The position numbers and the translations under genes are program-made. Source: the human T2T-CHM13v2.0 reference genome, Homo sapiens. From it: a DNA stretch of 64,000 nucleotides. The DNA lies in assembly GCF_009914755.1 (NCBI RefSeq), contig NC_060941.1, one strand, 5' to 3'. The notes beneath the pieces are model-generated. The model was not told the DNA's origin. It saw only the letters and a list, made by a program, of their open reading frames with translations, and did not search any database. Shown in pieces: positions 1-15,232 of the stretch. Each line of letters starts with the position of its first letter. Within the stretch, counting starts at the first letter, position 1.

Positions 1-573
1 TGACTCATTTTCTTATTCCATTGCATGTGTCCCAATGCGTAAAAGGTTCTTGTAAGCAGATGTAGTGGTGGTTTTGGTTTGAAGAGCAACCAACACAGCC
101 TAGGCATCCCTGGGGAGATTCACCAGAGTCTCTTCGACATTGGGGCTGCAGCTAGGGCCACTGCTGATGAAGGTGGGGCTGGTGATGATGATGTTGGAGA
201 TAGCGATCAGATGACTCCAACCATAATGTCACTGCTTATGGTGATGTTTTGAGCCTCGGCAGGTTGAGTCAGGGTGGATAAGGATTTATGCCAGACTTAT
301 TGTCCACTCCTTCTCCAAGATTGTCTCATACTACCCTGCCAACTGAGGGCCAGCACTTTGCATTGCCCATTGCTATATTACTCATTGCCTTCTTGGTACA
401 GGACAGATGCTTGGTACATGGATTTTGTTTAATTCCTAATTATTTCATGACTTGTTTTGACCCAAGCATTATTTTCACAAACTAAACTATTTCGACCATG
501 TTTGCATCCTCACTTTTCTCCAAACATTAAACATCAAATTATGTTTAAAAACCTAGAGTGCTTCATTAGTAAC

Positions 574-998
574 TGTATTGGTTTGCCAGGGCTGCCATAA
601 CAAAATAACACAGACTGGGCACAAAATAACACAGACTGGGGGAGCTAAGCAACAGAAACTTATTTTCTCACACTTCTGGAGGCTGAAAGTTCAAGATCAC
701 TGTGCCAGCAGTGATGGTGTCTGTGGAGGTCTCTCTTCCTGACCTGCAGACAGCCACCTTCTTGCTATGTGCTCCCCTGGACTTTCCTCTGTTTGTGCTG
801 GGAGGCAGATAGAGAGAGAGAAAGAGAGCACACCAGCTCTGTGTCTTATAAGGACACCAGTCCTATCAGACTTTCCTACCCTTATAACATCATTTAACCT
901 TAATTACCTCCTTAAAAGCCCTATCTCCAAATATAGTTACACTGGGAGTTAGGGTTTCAACACGTGAATTTTGAGGGGGCATAATTCAGTCCATAACA
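574..998 (-). mobile_element. MaLR solo LTR, MLT1A0-like
   Basis: TG...CA ends; MLT1 motifs (gggctgccataacaaa; cttataaggacaccagtc; ataattcagtccataaca); near 5-bp TSD gtaac/ataac. Confidence 0.85.
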
Positions 999-1124
999 AT
1001 AACCTTATGGAGTGAACTCACTCTATTTTAAAGACATTGTTAATTAATCCTGTTGGAAAGCAATGGGCTAGAGTATGACTCACCTTTAGGGATCTAAGTC
1101 ACAGATGATGCGGTAGGAGTTATG

Positions 1125-1560
1125 GCAAGATTGGGTTCCCCCAAGACGAAGATTCATGTGCAGCTGATTTATAGCAAGTCTCAGGGGAGACTGGTAAGGG
1201 AATAGGGGAAGCAGAGCAAGGATGAAGGGCAGGGAAAGAGACGGGAAGTAAATATAAAGATTCAAGCAGTGGCCCCAAGGACTGATATTACAGGGGGTTC
1301 TGGGGAGTTAATTACACCTCAGAGTTGTGCTGACCTGGGGGCTGGGCTCTCCTACTCCTGTACCTCAGTCATTGGCTAAGGGTATGCCTGAGGGACATCA
1401 ATTTCCAAGCATTTTCAGTTTTTTACACCCAAGAAAATCCTTCAAAGAAGAAAGGCACATTTGTGCATTGGAGAAAAAAGCACATGTAACCTCGAAGAGG
1501 AATGCATAGATGCGGTCAAGGGGGTCGGAGGACTCTGGGTGGGTCATCAATAGTGTCCAC
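1125..1560 (-). mobile_element. Old ERVL-type LTR remnant (LTR16/LTR33-like)
   Basis: Loose resemblance only (ttgggttccccc...gattcatgtgcagctgattt...cagtcattggct). Confidence 0.35.
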
Positions 1561-2319
1561 TTCAGAATGCTAGAATAACGTACATCTACGGGTGGGGGGC
1601 AGTTGTCACAGGGGCCAGCCTTCTGAGTAGCACTCAGCCTTCCCCCAAGCCATGCTGCTCAGATAGTAACATTGGAAAGCCTTAGCATGCAGCAGTGAAG
1701 AGTCACAGACTTCAAGCGTGGAAACTTCAAAAACTAATGGCTTCTTAGACTTCTGGGGGAAAAATGGGTAGCGTGGAGTCCAGCATTTCCAAGTTGAATC
1801 ATGAATTTACAACTTACTAATTGTGTGACCTTAAGCAACTGACACCATTACTCAAGTTAAGTAACTAAGTCCAACTAATTCTAAATGCCATCTACAAGAT
1901 GGAGACATCAAATAAATAAAGCAGGTAAAAAAAATTACCCTGCATTTAGTAGAACCTGAGAAACATAAGTCCTTCCTTCCAACCTCTTCTTCCCTTTCTT
2001 CTAAGTAATCACATGCTTGCTCCTGAAAACTTCTGAATGCAACTCTGCCTCTTCCTGTCTCTCTTTTGGTCTAGTGCTTTTAGCGCTTTGGGGAGAGAGT
2101 TTTACGGTCTTGATGACAGCTTTCTTTTCGTGTTTTTTGTCCCTTTATTGAGAAGAGAGGACATTCACTCTCTATTTTAATTTGCAACATACTATGGGGA
2201 TGGACCCTAATTGCACTTTGGTGGAGGAAAGGGAAAGACAACCCAGGTGGGGAATAGTAGGGTGCACCCCAAATAAACAGGAGGCAGCCTGAGGGTCCTG
2301 GGTCTGCTAACACAGTTAA

Positions 2320-2450
2320 TTCAATTCATTCATTCATTCACTTATTCCATATTTATCTAGAACCTGCTTAGTGCTGAGCACTGTACTAGGTCCCCAAGAA
2401 ACAAGAAAGACCAAGATGAGGATGCTGCCCTACAGGTATTTCCTGTCTGT
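2320..2450 (-). mobile_element. L2 3' end
   Basis: (ttca)n run followed by atttatctagaacctgcttagtgctgagcactgtactagg. Confidence 0.6.
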
Positions 2451-2799
2451 TAGAGGCTGTGGGAAATGTTAAAAAGTGCAGACATAGAAGATTGGTAGGA
2501 ATCAGAAGGAAATGTTTGCTACTTCATAATTTGCATCAAACTTTAGCCAACAATGAAAGCCATCCAGTGACTTTTAGAGTTTCTTGGAGAGTAGAGGGGA
2601 TATAAAGGAAGTATAGAGGAAAATCCAATTTGTAACCAGAGAACATACCAGTCCTCAATTCCTGCTTTCACCTTTGACCTTGCTCCTCCATGCATTTTTG
2701 CTGCATCTGGCCTTGCCCCGGGAGTGAATGAAGAACCAGGGGAGTATGGGACAGAGAATGGGGATTCTCTGTTTGGATCCAAATAGCCTTAGGGCTAAC

Positions 2800-2950
2800 T
2801 CTTAGTCTATCACTTGCCTGTCCCACAGGTTTGGACAAGCCCTCATTTCTCTAAGCATCCGTTTGCTCATCTACATTGGATGATCCATCATCCAATGTAG
2901 ATGAGCAAACGGATGCTTAGAGAAATTAAATCGGGGATAATCTAGGACAA
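2800..2950 (+). mobile_element. MIR fragment containing an inverted duplication
   Basis: ttggacaagc...ctctaagcatccgtttgctcatct resembles the MIR core; attaaatcggggataat follows downstream. Confidence 0.6.
2845..2926. repeat. Perfect inverted repeat, 40-bp arms, 2-nt spacer
   Basis: 2845-2884 is the exact reverse complement of 2887-2926. Confidence 0.98.
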
Positions 2951-4699
2951 GTAATAGCTACATAATGCATGGAGACTCTTGTTATTCTTACTGCCAAAAC
3001 CACCACCACAACCTCTGTGACCGCTGCTATCACTGGCCTGCTTCCAACATTCAAATGGAGTTAATAATAGGAGATGTGGGTATGGCCCCTTGCTACTGCA
3101 GACACTCCCAGCCATGCTCTTCTTACTGTTCCATTGAGAGATGGGAGAGAGGAGGTGGGATAAAGATAGCCTGGGACCAAGAGAAATGGCTGAGCAAGAG
3201 GAAAGGAGGGAGGAAGGTAAAGACTTGGTGAAGTAGAGAGGACATCCATGGAAATGAGAAGAGAGAGGAAGGAAGGAAGAAGAAAAAGAAGGTAGTCACT
3301 CACTGCCACCTTCTCACAGAGCATCAGCCTCTCCTGAGGAACAACAACAAAAAAAACCTTCTTCCCTCCATGACTTCAACTCCAGGCCCATCTCAAGCCC
3401 TTCTCAGTTCTTCTGCTGTCAGGAAGCCAGGCTAAAGGCGTAGACTGGGGCAGTCCAAAGGCTGATTTCTCTGAAACAGCCAACACATGGTAAACAAAAT
3501 CAGGAGAGCAAACAGAACAGATTTCAAACCACCTGCAATGGGAAGGTTTGAAAATAGAAGGCTTTGGGGATAGAAGTGTGAATCTGCTTCATTTTTAAGG
3601 TGAGACTGGACATTCTAGAACCATCAGGAACATGAATCTACTTGGATGACTTAGCATAAGGAAGGTGTGAAACCATCTAAGCTGTCCTCAGTTGGAATGA
3701 GCCATCTCCATCAGGAATGAAATGCTCATCAGTAGACACACTAGAACATATGCTTCGTGAGAACCCAGTGAGAGATGGCATTAAACATTTTAAGAGTCAC
3801 TTTTAGTTTAAACATCTGTAATCAGGAAAAGAAAGACTAAAATTACTCTCCATTTTGCAGTTCTACTGAGAACTACAAGATGTTGTTAGTAGTGAGTGGG
3901 GAGGAAAAGATAGTTCTAGATTTGAGATTGAAGCCCAAAATGTATTTATACCCACTATGAGGCTCATAGTGTTAGACCTTTTTGCCTGCATTAAGTTGAG
4001 GAATATCCAGCGTCCTGCCACTTTTTCCCACTAACTTCATTCAGATGGACCTTGAGTTGTGTCTGGTGCCATGACGAAGGGCACTGACCCAGCGCTGCGA
4101 ACTACTTATTTGAAACTTCCAAGGGGGCCTTCTGTGAGCAGTGAGCAGCTCTGCAGACACTTCACCTTTGCAAAATGAGAGAGTGCTGGAGGCCCTTTGT
4201 TCCTAACAAGCACAGTGTCCTGAGCAACTCCTCAGAGGTAGCCATGGGCAAAGCCAGGAAGCAGGAAAACTGCAGCATTGCCCCTCTCCTTTTAGTGGAG
4301 CCCTTCTGTCTTCCATTATCCTTTTTCTGGGTGTATAGAGCCTTCTTCACTGTCATCAGCCTCACAGACCTGGTGCCATGCTTTGAGGTTGCTCACCAAC
4401 ATTTTGGCATTTGACACTTGTAATACTATCATGTCTTAGTATGGTTGTCCCTGTTTTGTAGCTAAAGAAGTGGAGTCTCAGACTTATGGGCACATGAATG
4501 TAAGTGAATGCTGGGCTGCCAGCAACAAATCACCCTGCCTGGAGTCAGTGAGCACCTGATCCTTTAGGGTCTACCCGCCAATCGAGACCCTTAGGTTTCT
4601 GGCCTTTCCCTCTCCCTCACATCCCTCACTTCCTCCAAAACACCTATCTATCCTTCCTGTCACTCCATCAGAGCCCTGCTTCTGAGAGACCGGCAGAGA

Positions 4700-4920
4700 A
4701 AGCACTGTGCTATGAAAAGCAGGTCTCAGGTTCCAGTCCCAGCTCAGCCTTCACAAGCTTAGACAAAGTACTTAACCCCTCTAAGCCTCAGTTTCCTGAA
4801 CAGAAAATGGGACTAATAATGGTACCTCCCTTAGAAGGCTGTTGTGGGGATTAAACAAAATAGCATGTGAAATGTTTAGCTCAGTGCCTGGCTCACAGTA
4901 AAGACTCAGCACTGTTTGCT
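4700..4920 (+). mobile_element. MIR
   Basis: gcctcagtttcc...aaaatgggactaataatggtacct...cagtgcctggctcacagtaa. Confidence 0.85.
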
Positions 4921-5809
4921 AGTAGAATCTATGCTAATAGATTCCAGTGATCTAAGTTTGCCTTTGGACAGGATGCTCCTATAGATAAAGCTCTCACTAC
5001 CTGTGGGAGTGGGGGAGGAAGGCTGTGGACCATAAGGCTGCAGGGCCCTGGGCATGTAGATGGACAGTATAGGCAGTGCAGTGATGTGGGACTGGGCTGG
5101 CCTTGGGCGTCCAGTTTAATGATGTCTCACCTGACATCTGCAGCCTTCCTTTTAGCCAAGCCACTGCTCATTAGCACTTCCTCCAGAGCTCAGGCAAGGA
5201 GGGAAATGAAATAGGGCTAAATCCTGTCCATCCTGGTAGTTCTTAGCAGAAAAAGGAAGCCAAGAACTAGATTAAAGTTGAGTTGAAGGTGAAGGGCCAA
5301 CGATTACGCTGTCTGCTGCTCTCTCTCCCCCTGGCAGTCTTAGGTATTTGAGTGGAGGTTGCATTTGACAGTTGTGACACACGTACTTGACCCGGCCTGA
5401 GAAGCCTTGTCTTCAGGAGTCTCGAAGGACACCCCTGGGATTTGAAGACTTTCTTTTTTTCTCGCAGCTGCCTGAGCTTTCAGTCAAAGGCTGCACATCT
5501 CAACATAAAGTGTATGAGTAGGAATTTGCACATCCATCCCTCTGTAAGAGTGGGCCCATGGAACATGAAGATAACGAAGTGTGTCTCTGTCTTCAAGAAG
5601 ACTGAAAGCCAAGGCAATTCTTAGCCATCTGAACACATAATTGCAATATATTATGATTTGTGCTGCAAAAGAAACAATAATAAGATAAAATGGTTCCAAG
5701 AACAAAGAGAAGGGAGTTATCTATTTTGCCCATTGAAGGGAGTGGAAGGAGGCTAAGATCAGGCAAGATTCACAGGGTTGGAGACATTGGGGCTGAGTAG
5801 AGGCATGGT

Positions 5810-5975
5810 TGTAGACAAGTTAGATACACTTTTTGTGCATCAGTTTCTTTATCTGAAAACTAGACATAATAATAGCATCTACTTTATGGTGCTATCATTG
5901 TGAGGATTGAAAGAGATTAAGTCATATAAAGTCTGGCACACAGAGTAACCACCCAATGAATATTTGCTTATATTA
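5810..5975 (+). mobile_element. MIR
   Basis: cagtttctttatctgaaaa...gtgaggattgaaagag...ctggcacacag. Confidence 0.7.
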
Positions 5976-6234
5976 CCTCTTAGTAGTAGTAGTAATAGTA
6001 GTGGTATTAAGATTATTAAAAATAGAAGTAGAAGTAGTGCTATTACTTCTGATATTCCTAGTGCTTAGCAGTGTCTAGTCCATAGTTTAAGGCTCAATAA
6101 ATATCTGCAGAATAAATACTGAGAAAATGAATGTGTAAAAATATGCTATCTGATGTCTCTGGTCAGAGCTGGACATAGAGATCTTTTTTTCTGTCTGTAA
6201 AGGATTTAAGGCATTTCACCATAAGTGATATTTA

Positions 6235-6597
<363 letters not shown>

Positions 6598-7378
6598 AAG
6601 AAAGGAAGGAGAAAATTAAATTTTTGTCTGTTTTGCTGTTACCATATTTTATGAAAACACCCATAAGGAATTTTCACCCACATTATATGGCACATGTGAA
6701 ATTCCCTTTGAGGGATTATGGAGAAACCTTCAATGAGACCAGGGTCCACCAGAGCAGTCCAAAGTAAGCTCCAGTACAGGTCACTCACCAGGGGTCAGAG
6801 GGATGGGCTATGTGAATCCAGATGCTTTGGACAAAAACAAAATACAAAAATGAAAACAACAACAATAATAATAATTTGAGCCCCAAATCTAAAATCACTA
6901 AAGGAGAAGCTTCTAGCTGGATGGAGCTCCTTCTCAAATAGGCCACTCCCTGAGTCTTACACCAAGGAAAGAAGGAACCGAGATTTATTTACTTAACAGT
7001 GGTTTATAATTCTCTCAAGATATACAGGTCACCAAACAGTTAACAGAATGATTGACAATTGGTAAACAAGATTCAGATGGGACTCTGAACGTCCTGGCAA
7101 CCATCTCAAAAAGAAAAAGATGGTCAGTTGTATACATCTGGCTATCAGAAAGAGAAGCTTACAAGTTCCACAGAGGAGATCACAATTTTCTTGATGCTAA
7201 ATTCTAAAATAATGTTATTGTACCATGCAGATAAGTTATATAGAGGCACTGAGTGACTGTTTTCTAGAAAATGCAGCTGTAGAGAGGTGATTTTCATGTG
7301 ACTTTTAAAAGATGGCCTTTGATGAAGCTGGATGTGACACTAAAGCAAAATTTAGTGTAAATGTTTAGGAAAGCATCT

Positions 7379-7620
7379 CAAGATCAGGGACGTTTTTCCC
7401 GGTGGTAGACAACTGACATCTCCATATCCTTACATGGCAGAAAAAAGCAAGAGAGCTCTTTTCGGCTTCTTTTATGAGGGCCGTAATTCATTTATGAGGG
7501 ATCTACCCTCATGACCTAATTACCCTCCAAAGGTCCCACTGCCTAATACCATCACCTTGAGGTTTAGAATGGTGACATCTGAACTGGGGGCAAGAGAGCA
7601 CAAACCTTTAGTCCACTGCA
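7379..7620 (-). mobile_element. MaLR LTR fragment (MST/MLT1A-like)
   Basis: accctcatgacctaattacc...aaaggtcccac...taataccatcaccttg. Confidence 0.7.
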
Positions 7621-8076
7621 GCATATACTTAGTACTTCTGAAAGAAGAGGTGAAATTGCATGCAAACCGTCACTGTACACACTCACACATATATCCTTGC
7701 AAAATAACTCAGATTAATTAAATATTAATGTATTTTAGCAATGCAACTATATCAGTATTAGTCAAGTATATTAAATCCTAATTAAACGATAGCTTTTCTT
7801 GTGTATGGTTTTGCTGTAGGCCATGAGACAATTATTCTCTATAAAATCCAATCTTATTCAGTAAACAATGGTTGATCTCCTACTAAGTGTCGAGCACTAT
7901 GCTAAGTATTGGTGATGCCGAGATCTGAAAGACACTGTCCTTGACCATAAGACAGTCACAGGGTAGGGGAGGTAATAACTACAAACAAACAAGGAAAGCT
8001 CTAAGGAGGTAATCACTGGAAGCCCGGGGGCCGGGAGCAAGGCCTCCACAAGTGGGCAAGAGATCAGAGCAGGCTT

Positions 8077-8376
8077 TTCTTTTCCTTTCTTTCCTTTATT
8101 TTTTGAAACAGAGTCTCCTTCTGTCGCCCAGGCTGGAGGGCAGTGGTGCAATCTTGGCTCACTGCAACCTCTGCCTCCTGGGTTCAAGCGATTCTCCTGC
8201 CTCGGCGTCCTGAGTAGCTGGGACTATAGGCAGGTGCCACCACGCCCAGCTAATTTTTGTATTTTTAGTAGAGATGGGGTTTCACCATATTGGTCAGGCT
8301 GGTCTTGAACTCCTGACCTCGTGATCCGCCCGCCTCGGCCTCCCAAAGCGCTGGGATTACAGGCTTGAGCCACCGC
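8077..8376 (-). mobile_element. AluS
   Basis: Antisense Alu dimer; imperfect TSD agcaggctt/agcatgctt. Confidence 0.95.
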
Positions 8377-10511
8377 AGCATGCTTGTTAAAGGCAATGAT
8401 GTGTGGGTTGAGTCTTGAAAGAGGCACAAAAGTTATCCAAACCAAGGAAGATCAAGTGAAGGAGGACTCTGCATGCAGAGGGAAGAGCGTAGGTCAAAGC
8501 AGTATACTTGGATGAAACTGTTGTTTCTTGACTTTGGTGGTAGTCCCATGACTCTACATGTGATCAAAATGCATAGAACTAAGCACACACACACCACACA
8601 CACTAGACCTTCATCTATGGTGGAATCGTCCTCAAAGACACAGACTCAGAGCCTTAGGAACTACGAAGACACAGCAGCTCTCTGGCCCTGCCGCCTCTGG
8701 CTGCCCCTCTTCAAGCTTGTTTGTGCTAATTACTGTGGCTCTGACCTTTAGAATAGAACATTTCTAATCCAATTTCCCAACACTTCTCCCCAGAAAGGCG
8801 GCTGTCAGCAAAATACTCTTAGACAAATATTGAGTGAAAAGAAATTGCTGCAGACATGAAAAGATGAAATCTGACTTTGGGCAGAGGTGTGTGGGTAGAC
8901 ATGGTCTCCTCCTGCCATGTCCAACCTGGGAAACCATTCATCCTTCTTTTTCTACCCAGATATCTCTGACCAGCCACCTGATCTGGCTTTTCCTGGCCCA
9001 GCTTCCAAGGTTGGAGCCCAGAAAATTTTTCATCTTGTGTTTGCCTTTGTGGTTTTGTGCACATCACTTAAATTCTGAGCTGTGGGTTCTTTGTCTGGAA
9101 ACAGGAGTGATATGTACCTATTCATCTCCCACAGACACGGGAGAAGCCAGCAAGATAGGGCTTATGGAATATTCTATTTCTTTCAGTCTAATCATCCCAA
9201 GAAACAAGTATAGTTTTATTCCTCAACTTTTGCCCCACTAAGAACCTTCTCTCTGTGGTTTTCCTCCTATCTAAACTCTCAAGAGTATCTCCTGAACCTG
9301 TCTTTTCTCAGAGCAGGCATCTTCTTGTTTCTTCCAAAGAAGACAGAACCATTGCTTTTGCCTCAATAACAATGAGCTATCTCCAGGTGTCATTAAAGCC
9401 ATGGGTGTGTTTAACAAATGATACACATTAGAACACAAGAAATGGTGTCAGGATGACTTTCAGAACCAGAGTAACCTGCAGTCTTCACAGTTTTCCGAGG
9501 AGGGAAGGTAAGAAAGAAAGAAATAAGAAGGTAGTCTCTGAATTAAGGATGATCTCAGAAATTCAGGGCTGGACTAATTCACCCAATGTGAGGCTATTGT
9601 CGAGTTCCCAAAATACTATGGGGAACATGGTGTAATCTATGGGAATAATGAGTGGTTGAACATTTTAGCTTAACTGCTGCTGACCTCAGAGAAGACCCCC
9701 CACAGCTTCCCGGAACTGGCTCAATCAAACCTGGGAATGGAGCCACCTTCCTTGAGTTAACACAGATCTTTTAATGCCAGATTCATTAACAGCTCGCCTT
9801 ACTTCAGCCTCCACAGGTTTGGTTTTATTGTGTCCCACCCTCTACCCCACACCCAGCTAAACGTTTTCAGAGAGGAGGCAGTCATTTTCTATTTCTCCAC
9901 GTATAATACCTTTGCTGATTTGACAGATTCCTGCTTTGTTCACTCGGATGGATTGACAGCAGAGCTGCCTCATTAAAGCCTTCTCATAAGCTTTGTCATC
10001 ATCTCCTCAATGAAGTTTCTGCCCGTTTCCTTCCATTCTAAACCCAACTGTTTGGTGGCTGGCATGTTTTGCTATGGAAGGAAATACCCCACATGTATGG
10101 GAGGGGGCTTGGTACAGAGCTCAGGGGCTTATAAGCCAGTGGAAGCTTGTCCAACCTGCAGACAGCAGTGGGCAGGGCTGGAGGGGCAGTGGGTACGGGC
10201 ACTCCGTGGTGGAGTTCCTCGCCGCCAACTGTGCATTCCACTTTGTAGAGACGAGCTGGACTCTCTGATGTGACAGTCGATCGTGACTCACCCAGGACCT
10301 GGCATGTCAGGGCACACAATGAAAATATAATAACTGCCTTGTTATAATCTCCCTGGGAGCTGGGAGCACAAGGGAAAAGGGGGAAGCAAAGGGAAGAGCT
10401 AACATCTATGGAGTATCTCCTAAGCTCTGGGAACTTCCCCTACATGATTTTATTTAGTTCTCACAAGTGCTCTTTGGGGCGGGCTTAATTGTTCTTTTAA
10501 AACGATAAAGA

Positions 10512-10808
10512 GGCTGGGTGTGGTGGCTCAAGTCTGTAATCCCAGAACTTTTCGAGGCCAAGGCAGGAGAATCTCCTGTGCCAGGAGTTCTAGACCAGCC
10601 TGGGCAACATAGTGAGACCCTGGCTCTAAAAAGATAAAAAATTAGCCGGTCGTGGTGGTGGCATGCATGCCTGTAGTCCAAGCTATCAGGAGGCCGAAGT
10701 GGGAGAATGGCTTGAGCCCAAGAGATCGAGGCTGCAGTCAGCTGTGATCACACCACTGCACTCTAGCCTGAGTGACAGAGTAACACCCTGCCTCTGAAAA
10801 AAGAAAAT
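10512..10808 (+). mobile_element. AluJ
   Basis: J diagnostics gggcaacatagtgagacc, gaggctgcagt. Confidence 0.9.
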
Positions 10809-10809
10809 A

Positions 10810-11165
<356 letters not shown>

Positions 11166-11422
11166 TCATTCTTTTCCTCTCCCAGATCTGAAATGTTTGA
11201 CTTCTATGTTCTACTCCCTAAGTAAAAGTTTTATATTTATATTTTATGCTTGTCACTTCCCCACTTTTATATTTGTTCTGCAGTCTTAAGGTGATAACAA
11301 GTGGGGAAAGGACAAGATGATTTTTGTATGATACACATTGAGTCTGAAAGGTACATGAAGCATTGACATGAATGATATGTAGGAAGTCGGGGCCAAAGTT
11401 AGCAATAGAAATTGAGGCTTGG

Positions 11423-11738
11423 GGCTGGGCGTGGTGGCTCATGCCTGTAATCCTAGCACTTTGAGAGGCCCAGGCAGGCACACTGCCCGAGCTCAGGAGT
11501 TCGAGACCAGCCTGGGCAACACGGTGAAACCTCGTCTCTACTAAAATACAAAGAAATTAGCTGGGCGTGGTAGCATGTGCCTGTAGTCCCAGCTACTCAG
11601 GAGGCTAAGGCAGGAGAATTGCTTGACTCTGAGAAGCGGAGGTTGCACTGAGCTGAGATCGTGCTACTGCACTCCAGCCTAGGTGACAGAGCGAGACTCC
11701 ATCTCTATTAAAAAAAAAGAAAAAGAAAAAAAAGAAAA
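11423..11738 (+). mobile_element. AluS
   Basis: Full dimer; TSD aaattgaggcttgg. Confidence 0.95.
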
Positions 11739-11889
11739 AAATTGAGGCTTGGAAGACTTAGAGAGATGAGCGAGACACTGAAGGAATGAATGATGCGTCT
11801 CTTGAAAGGATGGAGTGGGAAAATCCCAGGTGAATGAAGACAGGACATGTGAGGAAGAAGAGAAATCAACCAAGGAAGGAAAGAAATAG

Positions 11890-12624
<735 letters not shown>

Positions 12625-12637
12625 AAGAGTAATCCAA

Positions 12638-13091
<454 letters not shown>

Positions 13092-14133
13092 CTATTGCAG
13101 TTCATCATGCCTTTCTTCTTGAGACACCATGAACCTTGCCCCTCAAGCGCTGGGTCCAGGTTTCTTGTCAGCCTTTATTATTTTATGTTGAAAACATTAT
13201 TTTTTCATTCTCTGATAAGGAGCAAGGTAGACCAGGACAGGAGGGAAAATAGAAAATTAAAAAAAAAAAAAAAAACAGATTTGGCCAGATTATCCATGAT
13301 GAGGCTCACTATGTGTGACAAGAGGAAAGAGGTCAGACTGTGGGGCTTCGGGAGAAGCTGGGAAATGAGGAAGCTGACCCTGCTGGTCACTGTGCTACCA
13401 GTTCCCCACTCCCACTCTTCCAGGCATCTCAAATGCGTGGTTTTACCCACAGCCCCTGCTCCCATCTTTTCCATCCATTCTCTGCCCCCTTCAATAGGCT
13501 CTCCATATTTTTCCCTACAATACACAAAGTGCTATCTTAAAACTTCACCACATCCAACTGGCCTTTTCAATTCTTATTCTCTTTGCCCTATGGAGGAGGA
13601 AGAGGTTAGAGATAAGAAATGTACATTCATTCATTCATCCGACAAAAGCTTTTAGCATCTACTATGTGTCAGAAACGTTTATATGTTCTGTGGATACTCT
13701 CAAGGGGGTTACATTTAGTTGGGGGCGACAGAAAATAGTCAAGTAATTAAGTAACTAGGTAATGTTAAATATGATAGGTGGCCTGAGCAAATCAAACAGG
13801 ATAGTGTGATAAGGAATGACCGGTCAGGGGAAGGAACACAAGGACTGATAGAGTGGTTGGACAGGACCTCTCCTGTCCACAGAGGCGACATTGGAGTTGC
13901 CACATGAACACGAATGCACATTTCCCACATCCCAGGGTGGGTATGCTCCGTGTTGGCTCAGGAGCTGAGCCAGGCCCAGTGTGTGGAAATTGCACAGAGG
14001 CAGGGTGAGGCACAATATAAGAAAGACTTCCAGACCATCAAAGCTGCCATCTCTGCAGTGTGCTACCTGTGCTGTCATGAGCTGTCCATCTCCAGAGATG
14101 TTCAAGCTTTAGGAACGTTGACCATCGGTGAGG

Positions 14134-14217
14134 AAGATTGCAGAAGAAATCCTTAGATGTGGCAGGTTGAACTCAAGATTGCAGAAGAAATCCTTAGATG
14201 TGGCAGGCTGAACTCAA
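14134..14217. repeat. 41-bp tandem duplication
   Basis: aagattgcagaagaaatccttagatgtggcaggYtgaactc x2, one mismatch. Confidence 0.97.
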
Positions 14218-14861
14218 CAGAAAGGTCCTTTAGCTCTGAAAGTCTGTGGTTTACCATCAAGGTCCTGCTCATCCACTGTGCAACTGCTTGACAAGGTCAG
14301 TGGGGAGCAGCAATGCCTGGCTCTGTGTAGGAGACAGGACCACGGACATGGAGAATAAGCTTTATCTCCAGCAGTGGTCAGAGGCTCTTCACGTAGAGCC
14401 AGGCATGGTAGGTGGAGATAGGGCCAGCTTGCAAGAGAGAAAGCAATTAATCCAGGTCTCCTGGGGATATCGGTGCATAGCATTGTTGCATGTCCTCTCA
14501 GTATTTCTTTGTGGGATGCTTATGTGTTCTGTATGTATCCCTACATGCACAATCCTCATGGTTGTGTTTCTGGCATTTTCAGGAAACCTTTGTCCCCCAT
14601 GTGCTCACATCCCATGCAAACACCATACATGTAAGCCCAGTCCTGTTTCCTCTCTTTAATGGCAATGGTAGATTGTACATAGAGTCCAGCAGGTGACTCA
14701 AGGTCAGCTTCCTCATCAGCAGATAAAAGGAATTAGAGTGACTCAGTGGATCACCACCTCTGTGTTTCATGCTGCAGACACAGTTGGGGGCAAAAATCCC
14801 ATGAGCAAATGAGATCTCTGCTCCAGAACCTGAAAGGTTGGCACTGAATCTCACAGCATTC

Positions 14862-15232
14862 CTTCCTTCTTGTCCACTTTTCATCTTCCTCTTTCTCCTC
14901 CTCTTCCTCTCCTCTCTCTTTCTCCTCCCCTCCTTCTCCTCTTCCTCTCTTCCCCTCCTCCTCCTCTACTCTACCTCCTTCTCTTACTCTTCCTTCTCCT
15001 CCTCTTTCTCTTCTCCCTTCATCCTCTCTTTTTTCCTCCTCTTATTCTCCTCTTACTCTCTTCCTCTCCTCCTTGTTCTCCTACAACTACTTCTCTGAGT
15101 TCCCTTTCTCCTCTCCTCCTCCTCTACTTTATCTTCTTCTCCTCCCCCTTCTCCCCCTCCTCTTCCTCCCCCTCCTTCTCATCCTCTTCTCCTCCTCTTC
15201 TTCCTCCATATTCTCCCCTTTTCCCCACCCTC
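14862..15232. repeat. CT-rich low-complexity (TCC/TTC) tract
   Basis: ~370 bp almost purely pyrimidine on the + strand. Confidence 0.95.

Noticed and set aside
6850-7375. Possible transposase or processed-pseudogene remnant
   Set aside because: The frames I translated have frequent stops and no recognisable motif; it cannot be assigned without a database search.
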